From an uncultured Alphaproteobacteria bacterium (lineage in GTDB: Bacteria > Pseudomonadota > Alphaproteobacteria > Rhizobiales > Beijerinckiaceae): DNA of 64,000 nt. The stretch covers positions 9,052 through 73,051 of the forward strand of contig CAWASR010000030.1 in the NCBI GenBank assembly GCA_963784805.1, in the 5' to 3' direction. Under the pieces are notes generated by a model. That model did not search any database and was not told where the DNA came from. It saw only the letters and a program-made list of their open reading frames with translations. The translations under genes were made by a program, and so were the position numbers. Shown here one piece after another: positions 8,444 to 17,638 of the stretch. Each line of letters opens with the position of its first letter. The first letter of the stretch is position 1.

Positions 8444-9739
8444 ATGCGAGACGGCAAGAGGAATGTCCTCATACTCGGATCTGGCGCGCGCGAACACGCC
8501 TTGGCGCGCGCTTTGGCGAGTTCCCCCCTTATCGGCGCCTTGTTCGTCGCGCCGGGCAACCCGGGATGCGCGGCCGTCGCCCGAACTTTTCCGCTGAATC
8601 TTGCGGATCATGCGGCGATCGCCGCGATTTGCCGCAGACAAGCGATCAATCTCGTGATCGTCGGGCCTGAGGCCCCGCTGGTGGCCGGGATCGTCGACGA
8701 TCTCGCCAAGGAGGGCATTGCATGCTTCGGGCCCACGCGTGCGGCGGCCCGGCTCGAGGGCTCGAAGGGATTTGCGAAGGACTTTTGTCGCGAATTCGGC
8801 ATTCCGACCGGCGACTATCGGCAATTTCGCGATCCGGGAGAAGCCAAGGAGCATATTCGGCGCGTTGGCGCGCCGATTGTGATCAAGGCCGATGGTCTCG
8901 CCGCGGGCAAGGGCGTCGCGGTTGCGATGACGCTCGCGGAAGCGGAGGAGGCGATCGACGCCTTGTCTTCGGGCGCCCTGGGTTCAGCCGGCGCGCAACT
9001 GATCATCGAAGAATTTCTCGAGGGCGAGGAGGTCTCGTTCTTCGCCTTGTGCGACGGGGTTACTGCTGTGCCATTCTCGAGCGCGCAAGATCACAAGCGC
9101 GTGGGCGAGGGCGATGCCGGGCCGAACACCGGCGGGATGGGCGCCTATTCTCCGCCCCCCATCATGACCGCGGAATTGAGCGATCGCGTCATGCGCGAGA
9201 TCGTCATGCCGACAGTGCGTGGAATGGCCGATCGCGGTTCGCCGTTTCGCGGCGTGCTGTTCGCTGGGCTGATGATTGGCGTGGACGGCCCGAAGCTGAT
9301 CGAATTCAACGTGCGATTCGGAGATCCGGAGGCGGAGGTCATTCTCGCCCGCCACCGGGGCGACCTCATTCCCCTGTTTGAAGCCTGCGCGAACGGGACT
9401 CTGCGCGACGCCGCTGCGGACTTCGCTTCGGACGCCGCATTGGCGGTAGTGATGGCCGCGCGCGGCTATCCCGGCGAGCCGCTTCGCGGTTCCAAAATTG
9501 GCGGGATCGCGGATGCGGAACGTGTGCCCGGAGTTGTCGTCCTACAGGCGGGGACGCGCTGCGAAGGCGGCGAAATCGTCTCGGACGGCGGACGGGTTTT
9601 GACGATAACGGCCCTTGGCGCCAGCGTCGGCGAAGCGCGCGATCGCGCCTATGCCGCTGTCGACCGCATCGCATGGCCGGAAGGCTTCTGCCGGCGCGAC
9701 ATCGGGTGGCGCGCAATGGCGCGCGAACGTGGAGTCTAG
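8444..9739 (+). CDS. purD: Phosphoribosylamine--glycine ligase
   Basis: NVLILGSGAREHALA, VIKADGLAAGKGV, and an ATP-grasp core. ATG 8444 chosen; GTG 8426 is also possible. Confidence 0.93.
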   Translation: MRDGKRNVLILGSGAREHALARALASSPLIGALFVAPGNPGCAAVARTFPLNLADHAAIAAICRRQAINLVIVGPEAPLVAGIVDDLAKEGIACFGPTRAAARLEGSKGFAKDFCREFGIPTGDYRQFRDPGEAKEHIRRVGAPIVIKADGLAAGKGVAVAMTLAEAEEAIDALSSGALGSAGAQLIIEEFLEGEEVSFFALCDGVTAVPFSSAQDHKRVGEGDAGPNTGGMGAYSPPPIMTAELSDRVMREIVMPTVRGMADRGSPFRGVLFAGLMIGVDGPKLIEFNVRFGDPEAEVILARHRGDLIPLFEACANGTLRDAAADFASDAALAVVMAARGYPGEPLRGSKIGGIADAERVPGVVVLQAGTRCEGGEIVSDGGRVLTITALGASVGEARDRAYAAVDRIAWPEGFCRRDIGWRAMARERGV

Positions 9740-9791
9740 ACGCGCCGCAAGCAAGAGCGCGGTCGCGGCGGGAGCCGGATGTTCACGGGCG

Positions 9792-11933
9792 CTATCGATA
9801 TCCGAACCTCGCCGCCGAATCCGGCGCCGCGCGCGGCGCCGTCACCCGCACTTCGTCGCATGAGCATGCGCCCTCGGCGATGAACAACGCAACGCCTCCG
9901 TCGACCAGCGCCTTAGGCCCCGCGTCGCGCACTTCCAGCTTCGTCGCGCCGGCAGAGGCCGCGATCGCATCCCCGTTCACCTGCACGACAAACGGGTAAG
10001 GGGTTTCGAAAGCCCATTCGAAGGGCGCCTCGGCAAGGACGACAACCGAATCGTCGTAAACGCGCACGAGACGAAACGCGTCCGGTCTGACGAGGAGGGC
10101 GGCGTAATAGCGGCGTAGCCCCTGCACCCGAACTGCGAAGCCGGCCGCCCGAGCAAGATGAACCGTGAGCGCGGCCTCGACCCTATAGTCCGTCCACTGT
10201 CGCCCGCCATGAATGATCATACCCTCGCCGCGATCCTGCGAGATGCGGAACGCCTGCGGAAAGCTCGAGGAAAAGACGCTGGCCGCATTGACCCAAGAGC
10301 GGCGCCAGAAATCGCCGGGCTCCTCGGGACGCCGCAAGCAGAGGTCCGGCGGCCCGTCCCACCTCAGGAAGTCGACAATGACGGCGCCGGACTGCTCGGC
10401 GCCCGGCGAGCTGAGGGCGATCCCGATCGATTGAATCGGCTGCCCCCCGGTGTCAGGCAGGCGCCAGCTGAGGACTGTTTCGGCTCCAGGCGAAAGTGCG
10501 GCCGGGTCGCCGTCGACCGCTGTCAAAGCTTCGTTTCGGCCGTAGACCAGCATGCGCAAGGCGACCGTAACGTCACTTACATTTCGCGCGTCGGCGATCA
10601 AGCGCGCGCTCACCCTCTGCCCGGAGTAGACGAGCGGCGTCGCCATCAGCTCGTAAGTGCGCATGCGCGTGACTTCCGGCGGCGCGAAAGTCGGCGTCAG
10701 CGCCGTGACCGGTTCGTGGCCGAGGCCGGCGTAATGCAACCCCAACGCCTTCCCCTGTTCGAACGGCGCGTTCTTGAGGGCTAGCGTCGCGCCTCCGATT
10801 CCAGTCGGCGTGAACCCTTGTACGCTGCCCGGCATGGAAAAATGAAATTGCGCGCCGTCCTTGGGCGGCGGCAGCGCGGGCAAGCCGGCGAGCCGCCGGC
10901 CGACGTTCACCAGACGAGCGCTTACGCGCACGGCGTCGTTGATCGCGCCGCCTCCATCAGCGGAGGAGACGAACATCTGATCGGCGACGGGACCGCGCCA
11001 GTCGCGCCCCGCCGTGATCCCCTCGAGCCCGAGCATCGCGCCCATCAGACAACCCACATTTCCCGCGTTGCAATCGGTGTCCCAGCCCGAAGTGCAGACG
11101 ATGCTCTGCGCGCGCGAGAAATCGTCTGGAGCGTAAAGGACGGCCATGACCATCAGCGCGTGATTGGGAACAACATGGCAATTGCCGGGATACCGGTCGT
11201 AACCATAGCGGGCTGCGATCTCGCGCCGCGCGTCGCGCCAATCCGAATATTCGCGCCGCCAGCGTCGAACATCCGCGATGAGACGCGCGATCGGACTCGA
11301 GGGCGCAATCTGGGCGAGGCCGGTTTCCAGCAGACGCTCGACGTCGCGCGAAACGAAGGCCTCCGCCTCCATCGCCGCCCAGAGCTTGGCCGCGTCGACG
11401 GCGGCGCCGTCGTGACTGACCCTGGCCGCCTGCTCGGCGAGGCGCGCCGCCAGAGCCGGATCGCCAGCCGCGACGATCGCCCAGCCGTCGATAAAGATCT
11501 GCGCGCCGATTTGTTCGGCCACCGTTGCGCCGTTGACTTCGATCGAACCGCTCGCAGGCGCCTCAATTCCGCGCTTCAGATTGAGCCAGGCCGTGTGCTC
11601 AGTCGAATTCCCGTTACCGCCCCACCACAGAATGGAGCGGTTCTCGACGATGTAGTTGAGCCAGGTCTCGCCAATCTCGCGCGCCGAGATGTCGGGCTTT
11701 GCGTCGTGATCCTCGAGCGCGCGAATGAATGTGAACGTCCCCGCAATGTCGTCGTCGGTCACGATCAGCGGACAATCGAGCCGATCGTGGACGTAGTATT
11801 CGATCGGCCCGAGTTCGCGAAGGATGCGCTCATACGTCCAATTCTCGAAGGGCCTTCCGAGATAAACCCCTATCAGTTTGCCGAGCACCGCGGCATAGGC
11901 GCGCTCCGGATAATCTGAAGGCAACGTTCTCAT
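9792..11933 (-). CDS. ADP-ribosylglycohydrolase-family domain fused to a ~380-aa C-terminal beta-rich region (LamG/DUF1080-like by eye)
   Basis: Start at ATG 11933 (MRTLPSDYPERAYAAVLGKLIGVYLGRPFE). ARH metal-site motif TSGWDTDCNAGNVGCLMGAMLG. The C-terminal half contains ...IIHGGRQWTDYRVEAALTV... Confidence 0.8.
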   Translation of the reverse strand: MRTLPSDYPERAYAAVLGKLIGVYLGRPFENWTYERILRELGPIEYYVHDRLDCPLIVTDDDIAGTFTFIRALEDHDAKPDISAREIGETWLNYIVENRSILWWGGNGNSTEHTAWLNLKRGIEAPASGSIEVNGATVAEQIGAQIFIDGWAIVAAGDPALAARLAEQAARVSHDGAAVDAAKLWAAMEAEAFVSRDVERLLETGLAQIAPSSPIARLIADVRRWRREYSDWRDARREIAARYGYDRYPGNCHVVPNHALMVMAVLYAPDDFSRAQSIVCTSGWDTDCNAGNVGCLMGAMLGLEGITAGRDWRGPVADQMFVSSADGGGAINDAVRVSARLVNVGRRLAGLPALPPPKDGAQFHFSMPGSVQGFTPTGIGGATLALKNAPFEQGKALGLHYAGLGHEPVTALTPTFAPPEVTRMRTYELMATPLVYSGQRVSARLIADARNVSDVTVALRMLVYGRNEALTAVDGDPAALSPGAETVLSWRLPDTGGQPIQSIGIALSSPGAEQSGAVIVDFLRWDGPPDLCLRRPEEPGDFWRRSWVNAASVFSSSFPQAFRISQDRGEGMIIHGGRQWTDYRVEAALTVHLARAAGFAVRVQGLRRYYAALLVRPDAFRLVRVYDDSVVVLAEAPFEWAFETPYPFVVQVNGDAIAASAGATKLEVRDAGPKALVDGGVALFIAEGACSCDEVRVTAPRAAPDSAARFGYR

Positions 11934-12317
11934 GGCGGATCGACTTATATGATTTCGACATCGTCCCGGCCGGGAAGCGTCCGCCGCTGGCATGCGATGG
12001 ACGCGATGTCGCTTTGCAGCGGCGGGTCGCGGCGCTTTTCCGTCTCCATCCGCCATCCGATCGACCGAGGAGTCAAACAGAACAGTCGGGTCGTCGAAGG
12101 CTCTGGCCCGTTCGAGCGGATCGTCTCGTCAATGGATGTGGAGCGACGGCCCTCACACTTTCGACAACGCGAACCGGCGCCGCTGAGACGTCCCGGCGCA
12201 ACGGAAGCGTCGGCGCCTTTCTTGTGGTAAACGTTGAACTCAAATCGCTCGGCGTCGCCAAATCGTGGGCAAATGGCCGCGCCGCGCGCCGCCGGCCACG
12301 TTGTTGGGAGAACCGCG

Positions 12318-12707
12318 ATGACGCAAAAATTGAAGGAAACCCCCTATGAACCAGCCGAAATCGAAGAACGGCTCCGCCGCGAGCTTCCGCATTGGCGCTA
12401 CGAAAACGGATGGATAAGACGCACCTATCGCACCGCCAGTTGGAAGGGCACTCTGATGGCGATCAACGCAGTGGGTCACCTCGCCGAGGCGGCTTGGCAT
12501 CATCCCGATCTCCGCGCCTCCTATGCCTGGGTGGAAGTCAAGTTGCAAACACACACTGCAAAAGGAGTTACGGACAAGGACTTCGAGCTTGCGCGAAAAA
12601 TCGAGGAATTTCTCTGTTGGCGCCCCGGCCAAGAGGGCGGCGCGCTCGAGGGCACGCCCATCGGCGACCAGCGGTTCGCCTACATCAAGTACGACGACGC
12701 GAAATAA
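12318..12707 (+). CDS. Pterin-4-alpha-carbinolamine dehydratase (PCD/DCoH family)
   Basis: GGGAG RBS before ATG 12318. Signature ...GHLAEAAWHHPDLRASYAWVEVKLQTHTAKGVTDKD. Confidence 0.85.
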   Translation: MTQKLKETPYEPAEIEERLRRELPHWRYENGWIRRTYRTASWKGTLMAINAVGHLAEAAWHHPDLRASYAWVEVKLQTHTAKGVTDKDFELARKIEEFLCWRPGQEGGALEGTPIGDQRFAYIKYDDAK

Positions 12708-13221
12708 CCGCCGCGGCCGGTGAGCCACAGGCGTAGGCAGCGTTCTCGATCCAAAGCGCGTCTGCCGCAACCGCCTGCGCAGGAGCGGCGAGGGACTTCA
12801 TTGCTCGATCGCTACGCCGCAAGGGAAAAGCCGTGGCGCAAGGAGCCCGTCGATCGCAGCCTTCGCAGGCCAGCCCACCGTCAGCGCCAAAGCCGACTGC
12901 GGCGGCTCAAAATGAAGTTGTGAATCGATGCACCCAACTGGGCGCCTATCGGGCCTGGCCAGTGAGCCGGGGTGCACGGCTTTCGCCAATGCGCCCTTGA
13001 TCGTCGCGAACAGGTCGAGTGAGGCATTCATCTGCGACGGGGAGGTCGCCGCGATAGCTAGACTCAGCTCTACGAGGCGTTACTCCCACGAGCGCCTTCC
13101 ATATCCATCGCGGCTCGGCGGCGTCGCCTACCGCGACACTCCGCGGTCTCCCGCTCGGGAAGGTTCTCGAGAGCGCTCTCGCAATGTCCGCCCAAATCCT
13201 AGCGGACAGACCTGCTTGGGC

Positions 13222-13299
13222 TCATATTTCAGCTGACAAATACGCCGTCACTTCCATACCAGCACAAACTTCAATGACAACGGGGGCATTCCAACTCAT
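13222..13299 (-). CDS. pqqA: Coenzyme PQQ precursor peptide PqqA (25 aa)
   Basis: The stretch from ATG 13299 to TGA 13222 translates to MSWNAPVVIEVCAGMEVTAYLSAEI. It has the conserved Trp and the E-x3-Y (EVTAY) cross-link pair. GAGGAG lies 5 nt upstream. It is too short for the ORF track. Confidence 0.85.
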   Translation of the reverse strand: MSWNAPVVIEVCAGMEVTAYLSAEI

Positions 13300-13551
13300 C
13301 GACGTCTCCTCAAGCTCAATTCTCAGCGGGAAGGCACCTTCCTTCCGCCGCCACAAAGGTTAGCACCAAAGCGGCGCCCTGTCACGCGCCACCCGGCAGC
13401 GCTTCCGGAGCGTCTCATTTCAAAGTGAGACTCTCCCCTATTGTCGGGCGCCATGGTGATTTGTTGCGTCGCCAAGGGCTGAGCGCAGCGCAGTAGCGAG
13501 GGCCCTCGCGGCAGAACCTGGAGCACAGGCTAGCGCAGGGGTTCGAATGCG

Positions 13552-14247
13552 TCAGATCGAGTCGAAGTCAGCTCCGATCAGCCGCCGGTCGTGCAGCGCC
13601 GACGCGAGCAAGACTCCAGCGACCCCCGCGGATTTGAGCGCTGCGAGGTCGGCGGCGTCGCGCACGCCTCCCGCAGCGTAAACCTTCCGCCCGCCCGCGA
13701 CCGATTGAATAGCGCTGATACGCGCCATTTCAGGGCCGGCGGCGCTCCCGACGCGCGTGAGCGTCATGACGATTATCCGCCTCGGCCACAATCGCGAATT
13801 GTTCAGGATCTCGGCGGGGCCTTGAAACGACTCGTCGCGAAAATCCAGGGACAGCACGATATCCTGTGAGTCTCGATGGGCCTCGATCAGCGCGCCGTCG
13901 CTCTGAGACTCGCTGCCGATGACCGGGGCGCCGAGACCGGCGTTGAGAACCGATTCGAGCGCCGCTTCCTCGGCCGCGCCGCTATCGATCCACAGCCTCA
14001 GAGCCGGAAAAGCCGCGCGGATGCGGCGCACTGCTGACGTATTGTCCGCCCTTCGCCGTATTGCGTCGAGATCGGCGACATAGAGCGTGGAAAACGGATG
14101 AACGGAGAGCAGGCCACGGACGACGTCGACCGGATCGCTGGTCGGAGAAAGCGGAGTCGTGATGGGCCGGTAGGCGTCGCGCTCGCCCATCCGCGCGCGA
14201 ACAACCACGCCGCCAATGAGGTCAACGACTGGGATGGCCTCCAACAC
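13552..14247 (-). CDS. HisA/HisF-family (beta/alpha)8-barrel protein associated with H4MPT islands
   Basis: ...EAIPVVDLIGGVVVRA... and ...YAAGGVRDAADLAALKSAGVAGVLLASALHD. A GTG 14247 or TTG 14244 start is preferred; the listed ATG 14361 adds an Arg/Pro-rich leader that overlaps the upstream gene. Confidence 0.75.
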   Translation of the reverse strand: MLEAIPVVDLIGGVVVRARMGERDAYRPITTPLSPTSDPVDVVRGLLSVHPFSTLYVADLDAIRRRADNTSAVRRIRAAFPALRLWIDSGAAEEAALESVLNAGLGAPVIGSESQSDGALIEAHRDSQDIVLSLDFRDESFQGPAEILNNSRLWPRRIIVMTLTRVGSAAGPEMARISAIQSVAGGRKVYAAGGVRDAADLAALKSAGVAGVLLASALHDRRLIGADFDSI

Positions 14248-14825
14248 GCTCCTCCCCGGCCTCGGCGGCAAAGACCGGCGCGGCCTTGTCCCTGAGCCAG
14301 CTCCAGGCTTCCGCTTCCGCGGCGCCGGCGGTCTTGCCGACGACGATTTCGAGTCGCGCAAGTTCCGCCTCTACCTCCGAGCGCGGCAGCAAGTGCAGGC
14401 GGCTGACAAGCACGGCTCCCTCGATAACGGCTGCTTGCGCCCGGTTGAAGCCCTCAAACGGGGCATGCGAGCCGCGGTGGGCGACGCGGCACACGAATCG
14501 CGGCCGGAGTACGTCCTCTCGTACGTCAATCACGACAAGTTCGAGGTGCGCGAGCGTCGCTTTTGAGGCGCGGCGCCGCGACGATATTCGCCGCAGTCAG
14601 AGGCCAGTCGCGACGTCCAGTGAGGCATCCGGCGAACACCCGCACATCGTCAGTGAGGTTGGCGACGGCGAAGGGCGCCTGCCGAAGGTTTTCAAGCGTC
14701 GTCGAGGGATGAAAAGGCGCGAGAATCCAATGCTCGCCTTCGGCGATCATCCCCAGCGGGGCCAGATGCGGGTCCCCGCGGGCGTTGACGGTGGTCACAA
14801 TGACTTCGCGGATCAGCGGCATCAA
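14222..14825 (-). CDS. DUF447-family (split-barrel flavin-binding-like) H4MPT-island protein, out of frame as sequenced
   Basis: The N-terminal half (14526-14825) reads MMPLIREVIVTTVNARGDPHLAPLGMI.... The C-terminal half continues in another frame (14222-~14597) as ...ATLAHLELVVIDVREDVL.... The two join at a run of four A (14561-14564). Total 604 nt, which is 1 mod 3. Confidence 0.7.
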
Positions 14826-14826
14826 G

Positions 14827-16224
14827 TCACCTGTTGGCTTCCCGCGAGCGAAGCGTGTGCCCGGCGGCGCTGAGCCGCGTCACATCCTCGGCGGGCCGGT
14901 CGGTCCCGCAACCCCAGTCCAGGGGTTCGTCCTGCACGTAGCGCTTGCCGAGCCGAAGCGCTATTTCCGCCTTCATCAACTCCGCGCCGAGGTAGAACGC
15001 ATGCGCGCCGTCAGATCGGACGTCGAGCTTTTCGAATAGCGCGAACGCGTCTTGCCCGACCTGATGACCGTCGCGGTTGTAGATGTGTATTCCATCCTCG
15101 GCCACTTCGATGCGGAAATTCGCGTCCTTGACCTGGCCCGCGACTTCACCGATCTCGCGGCCCGAATTGGGAAACGGAGACGGATCGTGAAGCTGCAGCA
15201 GTGCGCGTCCATAACCCCTCGGCGAGCTGTGGTCGCTGGCCGCCGCATACATAATGCGCCGCGCCGCGTCGTGCTCCTGGATCGTGCGGCGCGTGTGCGG
15301 ACTGACCTGAACCGTGAGCACGTTGCCGACGCCGAGTTCCGAGCATATTCCCATCAGCATCGCGGTCACGCCCACGCTGTCCGCGTCGGTCAGCTCGGTC
15401 AGATTGCCGGACCCCATCATCAGCTCCGCCCAAGGCAGGCGCGCGCGAACCTCACGGTAGCGCGCAAGCGCGTCGGCGAAACCGAAATGGATAGGATCGA
15501 GGATAGGATCAAGAATGGCGCCGATCCCGCGCATTCGCGCCGCTTCAGCGGCTCGGCAGAGCGAATCGACATCGCCGTGCCGCGCCGGAATCAGCACCGG
15601 CCGCGCATCGGTCCCCTCGGCGATCGAAAGGTTGTGCTCGGTCAGGCTTAACAGGAAATCGGCGCCGGCCGCGGCGCCGCGGCGCAATTCATCGGAGTCC
15701 GCCGAATCGACGCTGACGCCGAATCCTCGCGCCTTCAGCATCCGGACCGCATCCTCGAGATGGGGGAAAGGCGTATCCGGCAGACAGCCGAGATCGATCA
15801 CGTCAGCACCCGCGGCGCGCGATTCCGCCGCGCGCAAGAGCAAGGTCTCGACGTCCATCTGGGAGGCATCGACGATTTCGGCGAAGATCCGCACTGCGTA
15901 GCGCGACAGGTCGAGCGCCTCGCCGGCTTTGCCGAAGAACGCCGGCAGGTCCTTCAACTCGTCGGGTCCGCGCTGGAACGTCGGACCGAATTCCTCACTC
16001 AGCCGCACGAGATCGGCGCGGCAGCGCCCGGGCACCATGACGCGATCTACGTCGAGCGGTCGCGGCAGCCGTCGCAGCAGTATCGGTTCGGTCATCAACG
16101 CAGCGACCTTCACCCCGACGTCGAGGATCGACCACTCGAACGGCGTCGGCGCCATGCTCCGCAAGACCGCCTCCAGGCGGGCGCGCGCAAGGTGGCCGGT
16201 CAAAAAAAGGATGCGTAGGCTCAT
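14827..16224 (-). CDS. Dihydropteroate-synthase-like pterin-binding protein with an N-terminal extra domain (methanopterin biosynthesis type)
   Basis: DHPS-like AGADVIDLGCLPDTP, a barrel segment ...GNLTELTDADSVGV..., 465 aa. It sits in an operon with afpA and the other H4MPT genes. Confidence 0.8.
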   Translation of the reverse strand: MSLRILFLTGHLARARLEAVLRSMAPTPFEWSILDVGVKVAALMTEPILLRRLPRPLDVDRVMVPGRCRADLVRLSEEFGPTFQRGPDELKDLPAFFGKAGEALDLSRYAVRIFAEIVDASQMDVETLLLRAAESRAAGADVIDLGCLPDTPFPHLEDAVRMLKARGFGVSVDSADSDELRRGAAAGADFLLSLTEHNLSIAEGTDARPVLIPARHGDVDSLCRAAEAARMRGIGAILDPILDPIHFGFADALARYREVRARLPWAELMMGSGNLTELTDADSVGVTAMLMGICSELGVGNVLTVQVSPHTRRTIQEHDAARRIMYAAASDHSSPRGYGRALLQLHDPSPFPNSGREIGEVAGQVKDANFRIEVAEDGIHIYNRDGHQVGQDAFALFEKLDVRSDGAHAFYLGAELMKAEIALRLGKRYVQDEPLDWGCGTDRPAEDVTRLSAAGHTLRSREANR

Positions 16225-16766
16225 GCTGAGATTTCGACGCGTCTTCGCGCGATCGCTTGGCGAAGCTCGACGATTGAATCAACTGTCGCGGCGCCGGCAA
16301 AACGTCCCAATCGCTCGCGGTTTTCCAAATCGATCGGGCGCGGGTACACTTTGACCATGCCTTTGGGCGCCTCGGTAACGAGTTCCGGCGCGGTGTCGCA
16401 GGCGAAGACGATCGCCGGCACGCGGCACTTGCCGGCTTGCGCGAAGATATTGCTGACGAGATCGTCGGATATTCCGCAAACAAACTTCGCGACCGCGTTC
16501 GAGGTCGCCGGAGCGACAATCAAGGTGTGATAGACGCCGTAGTAGAATTGCCCCACCGGCACCGAACTTGCCGTCGTATCGCGATAGGTTCGAGTGGAGC
16601 GAGGCAACTCGAGTTCCTGCTTGTACATTCGCAGCACTTCGGCCGCAGCCCTGCTGAGGAAAAGATCCACGTCTTCGAGGTCACGGACGAGCGCCAAGGT
16701 CTCTCTTAGGAAATGCCCGGACCCTGTAATCGCCCATCCCCAGCGCGGCGTCTTGTGTTTGGTCAT
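16221..16766 (-). CDS. afpA: Archaeal-type flavoprotein (AfpA/dihydromethanopterin reductase-like, PF02441 fold)
   Basis: WAITGSGHFL..., TLIVAPATSNAVAKF. Its 4-nt overlaps with both neighbouring genes suggest translational coupling. Confidence 0.8.
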   Translation of the reverse strand: MTKHKTPRWGWAITGSGHFLRETLALVRDLEDVDLFLSRAAAEVLRMYKQELELPRSTRTYRDTTASSVPVGQFYYGVYHTLIVAPATSNAVAKFVCGISDDLVSNIFAQAGKCRVPAIVFACDTAPELVTEAPKGMVKVYPRPIDLENRERLGRFAGAATVDSIVELRQAIARRRVEISA

Positions 16767-17464
16767 TCTGCTGCCGGCGCGCGAATTTCGATTGCTTCCC
16801 TCGTTTGCAGGATTTCAGGAAACAGCCGGCGTCGCAACCCTTCGGACAGTCGCGCGGCGTCGGGTGGCGCCGCCAGTGAGACGAGAAAGCCCTTATCCTT
16901 GATAAAGCGCGGGAACAGTGGATCGACCACGCCGTCCTCGACAAGGTCGAGAACCTCGATCTGCCGGGCCGCAAAGCGGCCGTGCTTGACGAGGACAAGC
17001 TGCTGTGCGCCCGCCACATCGGCCAGCCACGCCGCCAGGCTGTCCGAAGTGAGGTCCCATGATTGCGGCAAGTCGGCGGCGCGCGTCATCTGTTCCGGAG
17101 ACCAGACCGGAACCTTGCCTTCGGTCAGCGTGCGTCGAATGGCGCTGAGTGAAGCAGCGAGGCGCAGCGCTGGATTGAGGCTCTGCAACGCGCGGCCAAA
17201 TTGCGCCATCGCCGTTATCGCCATTTCGTGGGCGGCGGCGTCGTCAAAGCCCATCGCGGCCTGTGCATCTCGGACCGCGTCGGCGAAGGGACCGCCACCC
17301 GGCGCGATGACAATCGAACCGGTCTCGGCGGCGATGGCCGCGAGCCATTCCAGAAGGTGCGGACTGCGAGCGTGACTGCCCCCTAGTTTGAGGATGACGA
17401 GGCCCGAGCGCAAAGGCCGGCTCGCGGCGGACCGCTCGACGTCCCCGGCTCGGTTCGTTCGCAT
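16763..17464 (-). CDS. Amino-acid-kinase-family protein (Asp/Glu/uridylate kinase fold) of the H4MPT island
   Basis: LVILKLGGSHA..., IVIAPGGGPFAD..., ...LTSDSLAAWLA... The substrate is not known from the sequence. Confidence 0.7.
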   Translation of the reverse strand: MRTNRAGDVERSAASRPLRSGLVILKLGGSHARSPHLLEWLAAIAAETGSIVIAPGGGPFADAVRDAQAAMGFDDAAAHEMAITAMAQFGRALQSLNPALRLAASLSAIRRTLTEGKVPVWSPEQMTRAADLPQSWDLTSDSLAAWLADVAGAQQLVLVKHGRFAARQIEVLDLVEDGVVDPLFPRFIKDKGFLVSLAAPPDAARLSEGLRRRLFPEILQTREAIEIRAPAAE

Positions 17465-17638
17465 CGCCCTCCTCCAGACCGGCCATTATTGTCGAGCGCA
17501 GGCGCAGGCGCAGAGGTTGCGGAGATCGCGGCCCTGAATTCGATTATCCGCCACCGGCGAGGCGCGCAACCCTAAGTCCGCTATCGTCTCCACGAACGTC
17601 CGGCCCTTGACGCCACCGGATAGGGGCCTAGCCTCCCC

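Noticed and set aside
12798-13031. 77-aa minus-strand ORF downstream of pqqA, and the overlapping 102-aa plus-strand ORF
   Set aside because: There is no RBS, no recognisable family (it does not resemble PqqB) and only weak codon bias. It may be decayed sequence. It is left uncalled pending a BLASTX search.
13530-13551. GGTTCGAAT, a tRNA T-loop-like motif
   Set aside because: The flanks cannot form a 5-bp T-stem (only cgca/tgcg around a 10-nt loop). No acceptor, D or anticodon arms can be drawn, and the motif overlaps the 3' end of the HisA-like gene.
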